Shown piece by piece: positions 1 to 10,576 of a stretch of 64,000 nt of DNA. Origin of the DNA: a virus (lineage: Duplodnaviria > Heunggongvirae > Uroviricota > Caudoviricetes); IMG/VR virus record IMGVR_UViG_3300029604_000306, one strand, 5' to 3'. The position numbers were made by a program, and so were the translations under genes. Each line of letters opens with the position of its first letter. Position 1 is the first letter of the stretch. The notes below the pieces were generated by a model. It made no database searches and was not told where the DNA came from. It saw only the letters and a list, made by a program, of their open reading frames with translations.

Positions 1-6
1 AAGACA

Positions 7-243
7 ATGTCAAAATTACAGGAAGAAATTCTCAATATAAAAGCGATAGAACCGGACTTGGATGAAGAAGATATTGCATGTGTAATCATGGCGGCAAACG
101 AAGTGGAAGGAATGAAAATCTTTCCGGCTACCCCAGAGACAAAAATGAAGGCTTTTGAAAAAATGGTTCTAATGTATACGCAGGACGAAGAAGTGACTAT
201 GAAAGGAGTGGAGGCATATTTAAGGATTAAAAATGTTTCGTGA
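7..243 (+). CDS. hypothetical protein (78 aa)
   Basis: ORF track; no recognisable motif. Confidence 0.6.
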   Translation: MSKLQEEILNIKAIEPDLDEEDIACVIMAANEVEGMKIFPATPETKMKAFEKMVLMYTQDEEVTMKGVEAYLRIKNVS

Positions 244-368
244 AAGAAAAACGACAAAAAAATATATTTATTTGTCATATTGATATGAGACGAAAACATC
301 GTCAAAAGAAGAAGCAATCACGCATCTATAGATGATGATTTCCGTAACTAAAACTTTATTTTATGTCA

Positions 369-672
369 TCGATGGACGAGGGACCGCAGCCAGGTTTGCC
401 ATCAGGGGAGGACTGCCGTAAACAGTCAGACCCTGAACAATTAGGCTGTCCGTCGGTTCGGATGTTGCTGGACGTGTACGGGGAGTCAGAAATCCCGTCC
501 ACGTCTGGCAAAGGTGAACGTAAGTTCATTTTTGATAGCTCGCACTTCGCGCTCGTAACCAGACTTCAAACGGGAGACTTCCCGTTTTCCGTTAGTCTGG
601 TAACGACTCCGGATTTTGGTCGGGGAGTTATCGATTTATACTGAGAACGAAGGCGTTAAGCCTGAGTTATCA
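369..672. mobile_element. composite non-coding hairpin insertion element (contains an inverted inner copy at ~533-592)
   Basis: Starts TCA|TCGATGGACG and is similar to 14407-14529. 533-567 is the reverse complement of 8458-8492. Ends AAGCCTGAGTTATCA like 40970-40984. Confidence 0.75.
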
Positions 673-722
673 CCGAATCATTGTTCAAAATGACAAATAG
701 GAACAGGAGGAGTTAATGGCAA

Positions 723-1670
723 ATGCTTAGTAATCTATTAGCTATCATGGCCATAACTATCTACAACCAGATGTACGGGGCAAGTGCAGTGCTGGAACTT
801 ATAACTCGGTATAACAAGATAGCGACCGATGTGATGCAGGTTGGAGGGTTTGCCGCTATGGTCTCAACTGTGAAAGGCCTGGCGGTAGGTATTACCGTTT
901 TACTGTATCTCATTGACTTGGCAGGTAAGGTGACCGAAAAGAATTTCAGTATCGAGCAGTTTTTTAAAGCAACACTTCGGTTTGTGGTGTCTTATTTCTT
1001 TATTTTATATTCAGATGTAATCACTAATTATCTGATTGAAGCAGGTACAGGAATTACAATTGATACCGTAAAGGATAGTGGATTCGCTTTTTTTACAGAT
1101 GACCCGGATAATAAAACACTGCTAATTAATGGAATAAAAGATATGAAAGCGATTGAAACATTAGGCTTCGTCATTTCATCAATTATTCCATGGTTATTCT
1201 CTATGATAGGAGAAGTCATATTACAGATTGTTCTGATAAGCAGGATTCTGGAATTAGTTGTTATGGTAACTTTCGCTCCGCTTTCTATTTCAGACATATA
1301 CCGAGAGGGAACCGCAAGTCCAGGAGTCCAATACATGAAGAGGGTCTTAGCACTTAGTCTTCAGGTTATTGTTATCATTTTAATAAATGCAGCGACTCAG
1401 GCTATTATTTTTGCAATTATCAACAAAGGTTCAAATGTTACCATTGGACAGACAATAACGGATATTCTCGTAGAAGCAGAATATTCAGAGTCAAAGAATG
1501 TTGCGTTGGCTAATGGTTCGGCAAAGTTTACAGTAGATAGCGTAAGAACTTTTATGAAGACATTGACGGGGCAGGATTCTCTTGTAAAAGTAATTGGAGT
1601 TCTCCTTGCGCGTCTTGGTCTTATTTGGAATTCAATGCCGTTATGTGAAGAGATAACGGGAGCGAAGTAA
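723..1670 (+). CDS. VirB6/TrbL-like conjugal transfer membrane protein
   Basis: Multi-TM; R-I-L-E-L-x-x-x-V-T-F-A-P-L segment typical of Firmicute VirB6-like proteins; directly upstream of PrgI/VirB4. Confidence 0.75.
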   Translation: MLSNLLAIMAITIYNQMYGASAVLELITRYNKIATDVMQVGGFAAMVSTVKGLAVGITVLLYLIDLAGKVTEKNFSIEQFFKATLRFVVSYFFILYSDVITNYLIEAGTGITIDTVKDSGFAFFTDDPDNKTLLINGIKDMKAIETLGFVISSIIPWLFSMIGEVILQIVLISRILELVVMVTFAPLSISDIYREGTASPGVQYMKRVLALSLQVIVIILINAATQAIIFAIINKGSNVTIGQTITDILVEAEYSESKNVALANGSAKFTVDSVRTFMKTLTGQDSLVKVIGVLLARLGLIWNSMPLCEEITGAK

Positions 1671-1691
1671 AAAAAAGAGGAGGAATACACG

Positions 1692-2156
1692 ATGATTGAA
1701 GTACAGGTTCCAAAGGACGTTTCAACATATGAATCACCTTTGATTGGACCATTGACAGCAAGGCAGGCTGTATGCGTAGCAGCCGCTGCTGCAGTTGAAT
1801 ATATTTATTATTTGGTTATAAGCACATTAAAGTTGAACCTAACGATGAATACAATCGTATGTCTTGGAATGGTATTTGCTGTACCTATTTTATATATGGC
1901 AATCGGCAAGCCTTATGGGATGAGGCCAGAAACATACATATATTATTACTTCATCCCTTCATTATTGGCGCCTAAGGATAGACCTTATGTAACAAAGCCT
2001 ACATATGAAACAATGCTGGATATCATTGAACATATTGAGCAGGAAAACGAACAGAAAAATGGAAGCAATACTAAAAATAAAAATGGACAGAAACCAAAGA
2101 AAAAAACAAATAAAAACAAAAAGGCAAGAAATAAACAGGACATTATGTATGCGTAA
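1692..2156 (+). CDS. prgI: PrgI family (VirB3-like) conjugation protein
   Basis: N-terminal VPKDVSTYESPLIGPLTARQ, two TM helices, KPYGM motif; precedes VirB4. Confidence 0.85.
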   Translation: MIEVQVPKDVSTYESPLIGPLTARQAVCVAAAAAVEYIYYLVISTLKLNLTMNTIVCLGMVFAVPILYMAIGKPYGMRPETYIYYYFIPSLLAPKDRPYVTKPTYETMLDIIEHIEQENEQKNGSNTKNKNGQKPKKKTNKNKKARNKQDIMYA

Positions 2157-2197
2157 TACATGTCAAATACAAATTATATGAGGAGGATTTATAGCTA

Positions 2198-4645
2198 ATG
2201 GGATTATTCAGTTCAACCAGCAAAGCCGCTGGAAAGAATAAAAAGAATACCAAAAAGAAAAGCCCACTGGAAGTACCAAAGACAGCTCAGGATAGCATTC
2301 CATATATGGGCGTATACGAAAATGGAATCATTCAGGTAGATGAAAATTCATATTCAAAAGCGTATGTAATTCCAGATATGAATTTTCTTATTGAAGATAC
2401 AGAAAAGCAGAAGGAAACATTTGGCAACTTTATGGAACTTCTGGGTTCATTTGGACCAGAAGTACATATTCAGCAGGTGATTTTTAATAAGACCATTAAG
2501 CATGCGGAACTAGAGAGAAAAGTGCTGATTCCAATGAAAAACGATAGGCTTAATGAATATCGTGAAGAAATGAATGAAATGCTGATTGATAAGATGTCAA
2601 AAGCAAGAAATAACATCATTCATGAAAAATATTTTATTGCAACGGTAGAAGCAGATGACATTACTTCTGCAAAAAATACCTTCAGCCGGCTGGATGATGA
2701 AATCGAAAGAGGTTTTCAGAGAGTCGCTGGTGAGAAGGCAAATGCGGCCCCTTTAACATTAGTTGAAAGGCTTTCTACTTTGTATGATATTTACAATATG
2801 GATTCCAATGTTCCATTTTATCGCAGAACAAAAATGAAAAGTGATAAGGTGATGGAGTCTTTTAATATGAGGCATATTCAAAAAATGGGATTAACATCAA
2901 AAGACGTTATCGGCCCGACTGCTCTGACTTTTGAGCGAGATTATATGATTATTGGTGAGACTTATGCGAGAGCAATGATGATTACAGACCTTCCTACATT
3001 CCTAAGGGGAGACGTCCTGACGGAGCTTTCCAATATGCCGTGTAACATGCTGATGAGTGTACATTACCGTGCACTTCCACAGAGCAAATCTATTACGCTG
3101 CTGAAAAATAAATTAGTAGATGTAAATGCAAACGTGGTAACTCTTCAGAAAAAAGCATCAAGAAACGGATACTCTGTTGATGTTATTTCCCCTGAAATCA
3201 AGCAGGCATCGCAGGAAGTTGAAAGCCTGATGGGGGACCTGACACAGGATAACCAGAAATTATTTTACACAACAGTATCTGCTGTTCTTTTTGGAAAAGA
3301 CAAGGATGAACTCGATGAAAGCACAAAACTATTTCAGGCTACGGCAGAACGTTTTATCTGCCAGGCAAAAACACTTGCAACACAGCAGGAAGCAGGGTTC
3401 AACTCATGCCTGCCATTAGGTGTAAATAAGTTGAAAGTTGAACGACTTTTAAATACCAGAGCGGCAGCGATATTCCTTCCGTTTGCAGTTAAAGAATTAT
3501 GGCAGGACGATGGCATGTATTATGGATTAAATGGGGTTTCAAGACAGATGATTCTTTACAACAGAACAAGCGCAGTGAATGGAAACGGATGCATCTTTGG
3601 TGTGCCTGGTTCTGGTAAGTCATTTTCTGCAAAAAGAGAAATCGTAAATATCCTGCTACATACTGATGACGATGTATTTGTTATCGACCCTGAGAATGAG
3701 TACGCTCCTCTGGCTAAGTTGTTTTTTGGCAGCTCAATAAGGATTGCGCCTGGCTCCGATGTACATATCAATCCAATGGATATGGGCCTTGATTATGCAT
3801 CAGAAGATGGAGGCGACCCGGTAACATTAAAAGCTGATTTCATCGCTTCATTTTGTGAAGCTGCAGCTGGTTCAAGATATCCGCTGACTCCGATTCAGCG
3901 TTCAGTAATTGACAGATGTGTAAAAAATGTGTGCAAACAGTACATCGATACTCTTATGGCTGAAGGAAAAAGAGAGGACTTAACAATAGCGCCTACATTG
4001 GTAGACTTTTACAATGAGATTGAAATGCAGCCAGAACCGGAAGCTCATAACCTTGCGCTTGCGTTGGAACGTTTTGTAAAAGGTACACAGGATTCATTTG
4101 CTTTCCGTACAAACGTAGAAATCAACAACCGATTTACCGTATATAACATTAAAGATATTGGAGATGGAATGAAGGCCATTGGTCTTCAGGTATGTCTTGA
4201 TAATATCTGGAATAAGATGATTAGCAACTATAAGAAGGGCAAAAGGACATGGTTGTACTGTGATGAGTTTCACTTGCTCGCACAGACGGAAGTATCTGCA
4301 AAATATACGCAGCAGATTTGGAGACGTGCAAGAAAATGGAATGGAATTCCGACTGGAATCACACAGCAGGTTGAAGATATGATGAAGACCGAAGAAGGCC
4401 GAGCAATTGTGGGTAACTCTGAGTTCGTAATGATGTTGTCTATGAATGCATATGGACGTGCTCAGATGCAGCAGATGTATAATTTAACAGATGCTGAGAT
4501 GGAATATATCACAAGCGCAGGTTCCGGGCATGGCCTTATCTACAATGGAACCGATATTATACCGTTTATTGATAGCTTCCCGAAGGATACTAAGTTGTAC
4601 AATGCTATGACGACAAAAGTCGGTGAAGGCGAAACGCGAGCGTAA
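2198..4645 (+). CDS. virB4: VirB4-like conjugal transfer ATPase
   Basis: TAQDSIPY N-terminal motif, Walker A GVPGSGKS, IDPENEY, Walker B YCDEFH, RARKWNGIPTGITQ. Confidence 0.93.
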   Translation: MGLFSSTSKAAGKNKKNTKKKSPLEVPKTAQDSIPYMGVYENGIIQVDENSYSKAYVIPDMNFLIEDTEKQKETFGNFMELLGSFGPEVHIQQVIFNKTIKHAELERKVLIPMKNDRLNEYREEMNEMLIDKMSKARNNIIHEKYFIATVEADDITSAKNTFSRLDDEIERGFQRVAGEKANAAPLTLVERLSTLYDIYNMDSNVPFYRRTKMKSDKVMESFNMRHIQKMGLTSKDVIGPTALTFERDYMIIGETYARAMMITDLPTFLRGDVLTELSNMPCNMLMSVHYRALPQSKSITLLKNKLVDVNANVVTLQKKASRNGYSVDVISPEIKQASQEVESLMGDLTQDNQKLFYTTVSAVLFGKDKDELDESTKLFQATAERFICQAKTLATQQEAGFNSCLPLGVNKLKVERLLNTRAAAIFLPFAVKELWQDDGMYYGLNGVSRQMILYNRTSAVNGNGCIFGVPGSGKSFSAKREIVNILLHTDDDVFVIDPENEYAPLAKLFFGSSIRIAPGSDVHINPMDMGLDYASEDGGDPVTLKADFIASFCEAAAGSRYPLTPIQRSVIDRCVKNVCKQYIDTLMAEGKREDLTIAPTLVDFYNEIEMQPEPEAHNLALALERFVKGTQDSFAFRTNVEINNRFTVYNIKDIGDGMKAIGLQVCLDNIWNKMISNYKKGKRTWLYCDEFHLLAQTEVSAKYTQQIWRRARKWNGIPTGITQQVEDMMKTEEGRAIVGNSEFVMMLSMNAYGRAQMQQMYNLTDAEMEYITSAGSGHGLIYNGTDIIPFIDSFPKDTKLYNAMTTKVGEGETRA

Positions 4646-4703
4646 TTTGGGGCAAAAGGGCATGTAGAACATGCCCTTTTGCTAAATATGGAGGTGATAA
4701 AAG

Positions 4704-6050
4704 ATGTGGGCTTTTCCATTAATAGCGGCAGCTGCAGGAATGAAATATCCTCTTATGTATATCTCGTCGTCATTTCTCGTCAACTGGTACATTGACATTT
4801 ACACAAATGTTTACGGAGCGGACACAACATATGCAGACATCATAGAGAAGTTTAACGGATACTTGAAGCATATGATTAATGATAACCCGGTGGCAAGCGC
4901 TTTTACAAATATTATTATTGCGATAGGCCTTGTTATGATGCTGTATTATTTTTTTTCTGACTTGTCCGCAAAGGCTATGGCCAATCAGCTATCAACATTA
5001 CAGGTTGGAAAGTCATTCTGCACAGCATTAGGTACGGTATTTGTGATTTTTTACAGCAAACAGATTTTTATATTTATGCTGACATTTGTTGAAACACTAA
5101 ATGGTGAATTTATCAATTTGCAAAACGGCTCAACGGCGGTAAGCAAAATCCTTGGAAACGAAGTGGTGCAGGTTCTGTTAAGCCGATGTGTATACGACCA
5201 TTTTTCCATTGGCGCTATTATAGGGTATACGTTGTCAGCATTGTTGCTTGTTTTGGCAAGTCTTGCAACAAGGTTGTATGTCACATATTTTGCGGTAACA
5301 AGGATTATCCAATTATTTGTGTACTATGTTTTTGCTCCAATTGGAGTAGCAGATATTTTTGAAAATGACATTGGAGGAACGATTAACTTCCAAAGTAGCG
5401 GCTTTAGGTACATAAAAACTATGCTTGCAATCATGCTGCAACTGGTAGTGGTAACAATTATCTGCCAAGTATACCCAATGATTTTGACTACAATAAATAC
5501 GGGATATTTTGTCGACCAGGGAGACTCAACTTTAAAGGTTGATGGAAGCAGCGTCAGTATAGAAGATAATTATGCAGCAGCAATGATTAAAAATAACAAG
5601 GCTGTCTTATATCCAATAAACAACTTTGAATATACAGACCATAAGGCCAGTATCGTTGAAGTTGTATGGGAGGGCGCTAATGATATCAAAAGCGCGTTAA
5701 AAGCCGTTGGAGCAGTCGTAAAAGGCGATGACGTGAAGATTGACTCCGAAAATAAAAAAGAAAAGCTAAAAGACAGCGAAAAATATAAATTGGTTGGTGC
5801 AGATGGAATAATAAAAAATACAGGTCGAGATATTGGCGCTGTAAAAAATGAGGCAAAAGATAAGGCAAAAGAGATTTTAAAAAATAAAAAATACAGAATG
5901 ACCATTGAGTCTACAGAGCGATTCTTCAAGTGGTGTATAGGCGCAGACGGTGGAAAGATGGTTTTATTTGTTATTTTGCTCATAACGAAGGTTTTAATGA
6001 TACATTCATCGGCCAAACTCTGCAGCTACATTACAAATACAAATATATAA
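4704..6050 (+). CDS. VirB6/TrbL-like membrane protein with large soluble insertion
   Basis: Multi-TM; TRIIQLFVYYVFAPIGVAD...RYIKTMLAIMLQ parallels 723-1670. Confidence 0.65.
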   Translation: MWAFPLIAAAAGMKYPLMYISSSFLVNWYIDIYTNVYGADTTYADIIEKFNGYLKHMINDNPVASAFTNIIIAIGLVMMLYYFFSDLSAKAMANQLSTLQVGKSFCTALGTVFVIFYSKQIFIFMLTFVETLNGEFINLQNGSTAVSKILGNEVVQVLLSRCVYDHFSIGAIIGYTLSALLLVLASLATRLYVTYFAVTRIIQLFVYYVFAPIGVADIFENDIGGTINFQSSGFRYIKTMLAIMLQLVVVTIICQVYPMILTTINTGYFVDQGDSTLKVDGSSVSIEDNYAAAMIKNNKAVLYPINNFEYTDHKASIVEVVWEGANDIKSALKAVGAVVKGDDVKIDSENKKEKLKDSEKYKLVGADGIIKNTGRDIGAVKNEAKDKAKEILKNKKYRMTIESTERFFKWCIGADGGKMVLFVILLITKVLMIHSSAKLCSYITNTNI

Positions 6051-6065
6051 AGGGGGTGTTGAGTA

Positions 6066-7271
6066 GTGGACCATTTTATAGCAAGTATGTATCTGCTTAT
6101 TTACAATAGCATGTATTCACTTGATGGAATACAGAAGATTTTAACAACATACAGCGATGCGATTTCAGATACGTTAGCAGACGGAGGCCCAATGCATTCC
6201 GTATATGTGCAGCTGAGAGTAATCGCGCTTGGGATGCTGGCTGTCTATTTCGTTATTTCTTTTGGAACGCGTATGGCAGGAATGGAGACCTCTCCAAAGG
6301 TTATTTTTAAAACACTCATTCAATATTTTGTAGGTTTTGTGCTCGCTATGTATTCGTTTGAAATAGTCAGGTTTTTGTTTTGGCTTGGTGATTCTATGAC
6401 TTCGCTGCTGATAAAGAATACAGCGACTGTTGCGTCACTATCAAGCTATACAACAGCATTTGAGGAAAGTATTGACGATATAGGGCTTATTAAAGAAATA
6501 CAGTATATGTTTAACGGTTTAATTCCATATGTTGCCTGTTTGGCTACTGATGTCGCAATTATATATGTGGTTGTAACCCGTGTGCTTAGGATATGCGTAT
6601 GCGCTGCAGCGTCTCCAATCGCTATTGCAAACTGCTTTGAAGGCTCTCGCAGGTCTGACGCTGCAAGGTTTTTGAAGAAGACATTTGCAATGTCTCTTCA
6701 ATGCTCCGTTATCATGCTGATAGTATTGGCTGTAACTAATATCGCAGGGTATATGACATCAGGAGATGTTTATAGTGATGCCGGGCAGACCAGTCAGACC
6801 ATAGAAGATGCGAAGAAGGATATGATTAATTCCCAAAAAAGGAACAAATCAAAGCTTAAAAAGGATGTAGCTGCAGCGGTTGATAAGCTTGGATATAGCG
6901 CATTTGACAATGTGCAGTCGGCGAATGGCTTGACACTAAAGTCAGATATTTCTACAGCCAAAAGAAAATTGTCAAATCCACATAGAGTGACAAAAGATAT
7001 GGAAGAAGAGTACAAAAATTATGAAAAGACCTTAGGAATACAAGTGTTCGCAAGGACAAGTAATAAAGCGAACGCCTCTTATAAATACAGCAAAAAAGGA
7101 TATGCAAAAATCGCAAATGAATATAAAACATTTGAAAAAGATAAAACCATAGCCTTTATGGACACGCTAATAGGAGGGCCTAAGCTTATTTATTTCTTAT
7201 TGCTTTGTATGATAAAGATAGGCCTGATAAAGCAGTCAATGTCGTTATGTAATACGATAGTCGGTGTATAA
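6066..7271 (+). CDS. VirB6/TrbL-like membrane protein with large soluble insertion
   Basis: Multi-TM; TRVLRICVCAAASPIAIAN...RFLKKTFAMSLQ; GTG start. Confidence 0.65.
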   Translation: MDHFIASMYLLIYNSMYSLDGIQKILTTYSDAISDTLADGGPMHSVYVQLRVIALGMLAVYFVISFGTRMAGMETSPKVIFKTLIQYFVGFVLAMYSFEIVRFLFWLGDSMTSLLIKNTATVASLSSYTTAFEESIDDIGLIKEIQYMFNGLIPYVACLATDVAIIYVVVTRVLRICVCAAASPIAIANCFEGSRRSDAARFLKKTFAMSLQCSVIMLIVLAVTNIAGYMTSGDVYSDAGQTSQTIEDAKKDMINSQKRNKSKLKKDVAAAVDKLGYSAFDNVQSANGLTLKSDISTAKRKLSNPHRVTKDMEEEYKNYEKTLGIQVFARTSNKANASYKYSKKGYAKIANEYKTFEKDKTIAFMDTLIGGPKLIYFLLLCMIKIGLIKQSMSLCNTIVGV

Positions 7272-7287
7272 TGTAGGGGGTGATAAT

Positions 7288-8367
7288 GTGAATAGTTTGT
7301 TGGCCACATTTTTAGTACAAGTATACAGATTTCTTTATAAACCAAGTGACATCGCGAAGATATTTAACGATTATAATTCGTATGTCAACGTTTTATATCA
7401 ACAAGACTGGTTTTCAACAATGTGTTCCGCGATGTCTATCCTTGGCGTTGGACTATTAACAGTTGGATTCTTAGTCTCCCTTGGAGACAAGGCATCAGCC
7501 GGAGATTTTACACTGCATAATTTCTTTGTACACTTTTTGAAGTTTTTTATGCTTTACGTTATATTAATGAACATTTCGACTATCTTCCAATTGATGTTAG
7601 ATTTTACATCGGCAGTATTTAATGATATGAATAAAGAACTTACTGGTTCCATCATTGCTAACGAAATAAAAGGTGTGGATAAGGATAAGCTGCAAAATGG
7701 CTTGGCGGCGTTTGGCTTGACGTCAAGGGTTGGGATGTTGATGTCAATAGTGGTACCATATTTCGTCTCTGTCGTTTTTTACAGTATTCTTTATTTCTTT
7801 GCGACATCGAGAATTATGGAATTGGTCATTCGTATTTCAGCGGCACCATTGGTTGCAGGCGTCTCATTTTTCGGGAAAGGAGCAAATACAGATATTGTCA
7901 GATACATAAAGCGTTCAATGGGAATCATGTTTCAGATAGTCGTGATTCTGGTGATTAGTGCAAGCGTAACTTTTATCCATAACTCAATTATCGTTGACGG
8001 AAGGATTTCAAATAGCACGAGCGGAAAAGTTGAAAACCCAGCAACTTACCTGGAACATACGACTACGGGAAAACGAGAGATTGAGATAAGAAGCCTTAAC
8101 GTCGATATGGAGACAGATGAAAATGGAAAAGTGACAAAAATTAATAAAGTGACAGAGACCGGAAGAAAGGATGAAGAGGTCAAGTCCCAGGAGGAACAAA
8201 CCGGAACACTTGTAAATATGAAAGAAGCATACCCAAAAAGTGATATCGAAAAATTCGTAAATTCACTGACTACACCTTCGAATCTGTTTACGGGAGTAGG
8301 AATTATGCTTGCTGCTCTGTTTATGCTGTTTAAAAGCAGAGAAATCAGCATGAGGATGTTTAATTAA
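7288..8367 (+). CDS. VirB6/TrbL-like membrane protein with soluble insertion
   Basis: Multi-TM; SRIMELVIRISAAPLVAG...RYIKRSMGIMFQ; GTG start chosen behind GGGGGTG RBS. Confidence 0.65.
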   Translation: MNSLLATFLVQVYRFLYKPSDIAKIFNDYNSYVNVLYQQDWFSTMCSAMSILGVGLLTVGFLVSLGDKASAGDFTLHNFFVHFLKFFMLYVILMNISTIFQLMLDFTSAVFNDMNKELTGSIIANEIKGVDKDKLQNGLAAFGLTSRVGMLMSIVVPYFVSVVFYSILYFFATSRIMELVIRISAAPLVAGVSFFGKGANTDIVRYIKRSMGIMFQIVVILVISASVTFIHNSIIVDGRISNSTSGKVENPATYLEHTTTGKREIEIRSLNVDMETDENGKVTKINKVTETGRKDEEVKSQEEQTGTLVNMKEAYPKSDIEKFVNSLTTPSNLFTGVGIMLAALFMLFKSREISMRMFN

Positions 8368-8492
8368 CGAAGAACGAGAAATTCACGGCCGACAAAAAGT
8401 CGTCCGCGGGTCAAATGCTCCGGCTTTAACTTCGCACGCGGGTTTAAATCCACGTTCGAAGTCTGGTTACGAGCACGAAGCGCGAGTTATCA
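8367..8492 (+). mobile_element. non-coding hairpin insertion element (126 bp)
   Basis: TTA|ACGAAG...GCGAGTTATCA at the stop codon of the upstream gene; first ~90 bp homologous to the reverse complement of 19690-19778. Confidence 0.8.
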
Positions 8493-8596
8493 ATTTGAAA
8501 AAACGCGTAGCTTTTACGCGTTTTTTTTGCATATTAATATGGAGCGGGAAATCCCCGACTATCGATAACTGAACTCGTTAAAAAAAAGGAGGAAAA

Positions 8597-9406
8597 ATGA
8601 TTACAGACAAAAACGGAAAAGAAGTTAAACTTAATGATATACTTGATTTTTTAGTCGGAACAGATGATGATGACATGGCAAAATCGGTAATAGATTTTGG
8701 CTTATATCCAATCAATGAAGATAAGACTATTGGCGCCCCATATAAGTATCTGGTGGCAGTTGAGGCTATCGTTACATATGTATCATTCATGGGGCCATTT
8801 ACGATGCTGGAGCTGGATTTCAGGAATGCAGACGTATTATTAATTAATCAGGTAATGAAGATTGTAGAACAATTCCACTCTGACATTAATGGCGAAAATT
8901 TGCTGATGCTTTCCAGTATCACATCGTTAGACAGAAACGCGTCTCATATTTTGTCGCTTATGAACCCTTTAGTATGCGTGAGAGGATACTCTGAAAGTGG
9001 TAAAGGCTCTACATTGCTTCAGATGATTTATGCTACAGAGAATGTCGGATTCAGTCCGTTTGAGGTTGACTTTGCAAAAGTTGAAGCTGACATCGAAAGA
9101 GAGATGAATGAGCTTGTTGCTGCACAGGTTACCGCAGAATCAATGGAAGCAGCGGATGAGGAAATTGATGATTCTAATAATGAAATGATGAAAGAGATGT
9201 TCACTCCGGACTTTGGATTAAGAACAGAAGATGAGAAGAGACAGGATGCCATGGATGGCGTCAGGGCTTCTTATGGAAGCGAAAGGGAATCTGCAAAGAT
9301 TGAAGCGAGAAAGAATGCCAGAATTGGAAATGCGGAAAAGTCTAAACTGAAAGATGTAAAAACCACAGATAAGGATAAAGATGACATTCCGGAAAACAGA
9401 GTATAA
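8597..9406 (+). CDS. hypothetical acidic protein
   Basis: 269 aa ORF with AGGAGG RBS. Confidence 0.8.
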   Translation: MITDKNGKEVKLNDILDFLVGTDDDDMAKSVIDFGLYPINEDKTIGAPYKYLVAVEAIVTYVSFMGPFTMLELDFRNADVLLINQVMKIVEQFHSDINGENLLMLSSITSLDRNASHILSLMNPLVCVRGYSESGKGSTLLQMIYATENVGFSPFEVDFAKVEADIEREMNELVAAQVTAESMEAADEEIDDSNNEMMKEMFTPDFGLRTEDEKRQDAMDGVRASYGSERESAKIEARKNARIGNAEKSKLKDVKTTDKDKDDIPENRV

Positions 9407-9416
9407 GGGGAAAAAT

Positions 9417-9902
9417 ATGAAAAAAAAGAAAAGTGTGATTCAAATTACAAAAGTTTTAACAACTGGGGCCTTGGCGCTTGCCTTGGCACCAGGGCTTATG
9501 CCGGTTCATATGGTCACAGCGGAAACTGTCACAGAAACGGTTAAAGAAGTGAATTCTACAGATAAAGAAAATGAAAAAAGGACTAAAAAAGCGGATTCCC
9601 CTGCTAACGCAGACGAAAATGCAGGCGAAGAATTCAAAGACAGTACTACGGCTGAAGATATTACTTCAGGTTCAGTTGATGAAAGTGAAGACACCCAGTC
9701 TAGTTCCGACGATTCCTCCGCTGATTCCGCTGATGACGTGTCATCTGTAAAGGAAAGCGCGGCTGTGCCAACTGAGGAAGAGAAAGAAACGAAAGAAAAA
9801 AAATGGTATCACGTGTCAATTATTGATGTTGCAGCACAGCTTACATTTGCGTTCGTTGTCGCGCTAATTGGCTATGGCATTTTTGTCAGGTCAAAAAAAT
9901 AA
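9417..9902 (+). CDS. putative surface/secreted protein (signal peptide, acidic low-complexity body, C-terminal TM anchor)
   Basis: MKKKK + hydrophobic stretch + VTA; C-terminal hydrophobic helix followed by RSKK. Confidence 0.7.
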   Translation: MKKKKSVIQITKVLTTGALALALAPGLMPVHMVTAETVTETVKEVNSTDKENEKRTKKADSPANADENAGEEFKDSTTAEDITSGSVDESEDTQSSSDDSSADSADDVSSVKESAAVPTEEEKETKEKKWYHVSIIDVAAQLTFAFVVALIGYGIFVRSKK

Positions 9903-9916
9903 ATTTAAAAAAATGC

Positions 9917-9945
9917 TTGACACATTGTTATAACTGTGCTATAAT
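9917..9945 (+). promoter_or_regulatory. consensus sigma-A promoter
   Basis: TTGACA-17 bp-TATAAT with extended -10 TG. Confidence 0.85.
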
Positions 9946-9951
9946 ACATAA

Positions 9952-10088
9952 CATAGATAAGAGAAGTGCCTGTCTCTTATTTGATGAAGTAACAGCGAAA
10001 ACCAAGCTGTGTACGCGTGCTATCAGACGATATGTTGAATATCGCAAGCATGCGCTTTCGTCAAATAAGCGATGGGCACTTTGCTTTT
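9952..10088 (+). ncRNA. unassigned structured ncRNA candidate
   Basis: ~26-bp terminal stem (9964-9989 with 10056-10081) containing G-U pairs, two internal hairpins, U-rich tail, directly after a perfect promoter. Confidence 0.55.
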
Positions 10089-10576
10089 TAAAAAATGTTA
10101 TATTTTTTTGAAAAATTCTGCATATTGAATATAACAAAAAATCTAAAAAATAAGGAGAGAATAACCGCTATGTTAAAACAGAGACTTTATAATGCGAAAT
10201 CAAATAATGAATCTAAGCAGTATGCCACAACAGGCATGCCTTGGTCAGTATGCGATTTTACAGGGTCAGTCTATAGTTTTAATGATTGTGGAGAACAAAA
10301 ATACACGTGGAGTAAGCGACGGTTGAAGTGTTGAAATTTTGATTATACGCAGGGATTGTGTTATATATGATGGATTTTACAATACTTAGACCGTTTGCTG
10401 GAAATATATCCAGGCAGGCGGTTTTTCTTTTATTCCGGAACAGGCACCCGGGGTGATGTTTAAGCCGCAGCCTGGTAAGAATTTTTCTTACTGATGCTGA
10501 CGGAACAGGCACCCGGATGCTGAAAAAAGAAAAAAAGGAGAAAAATATGAAAACGCGATTTTACACCGTCTAATTT

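Noticed and set aside
363..644. 93-aa ORF, and similar ORFs 19432-19818, 19682-19915 and 40742-40963
   Set aside because: They lie over the GC-rich hairpin elements and are most likely chance open frames; no RBS or protein motif.
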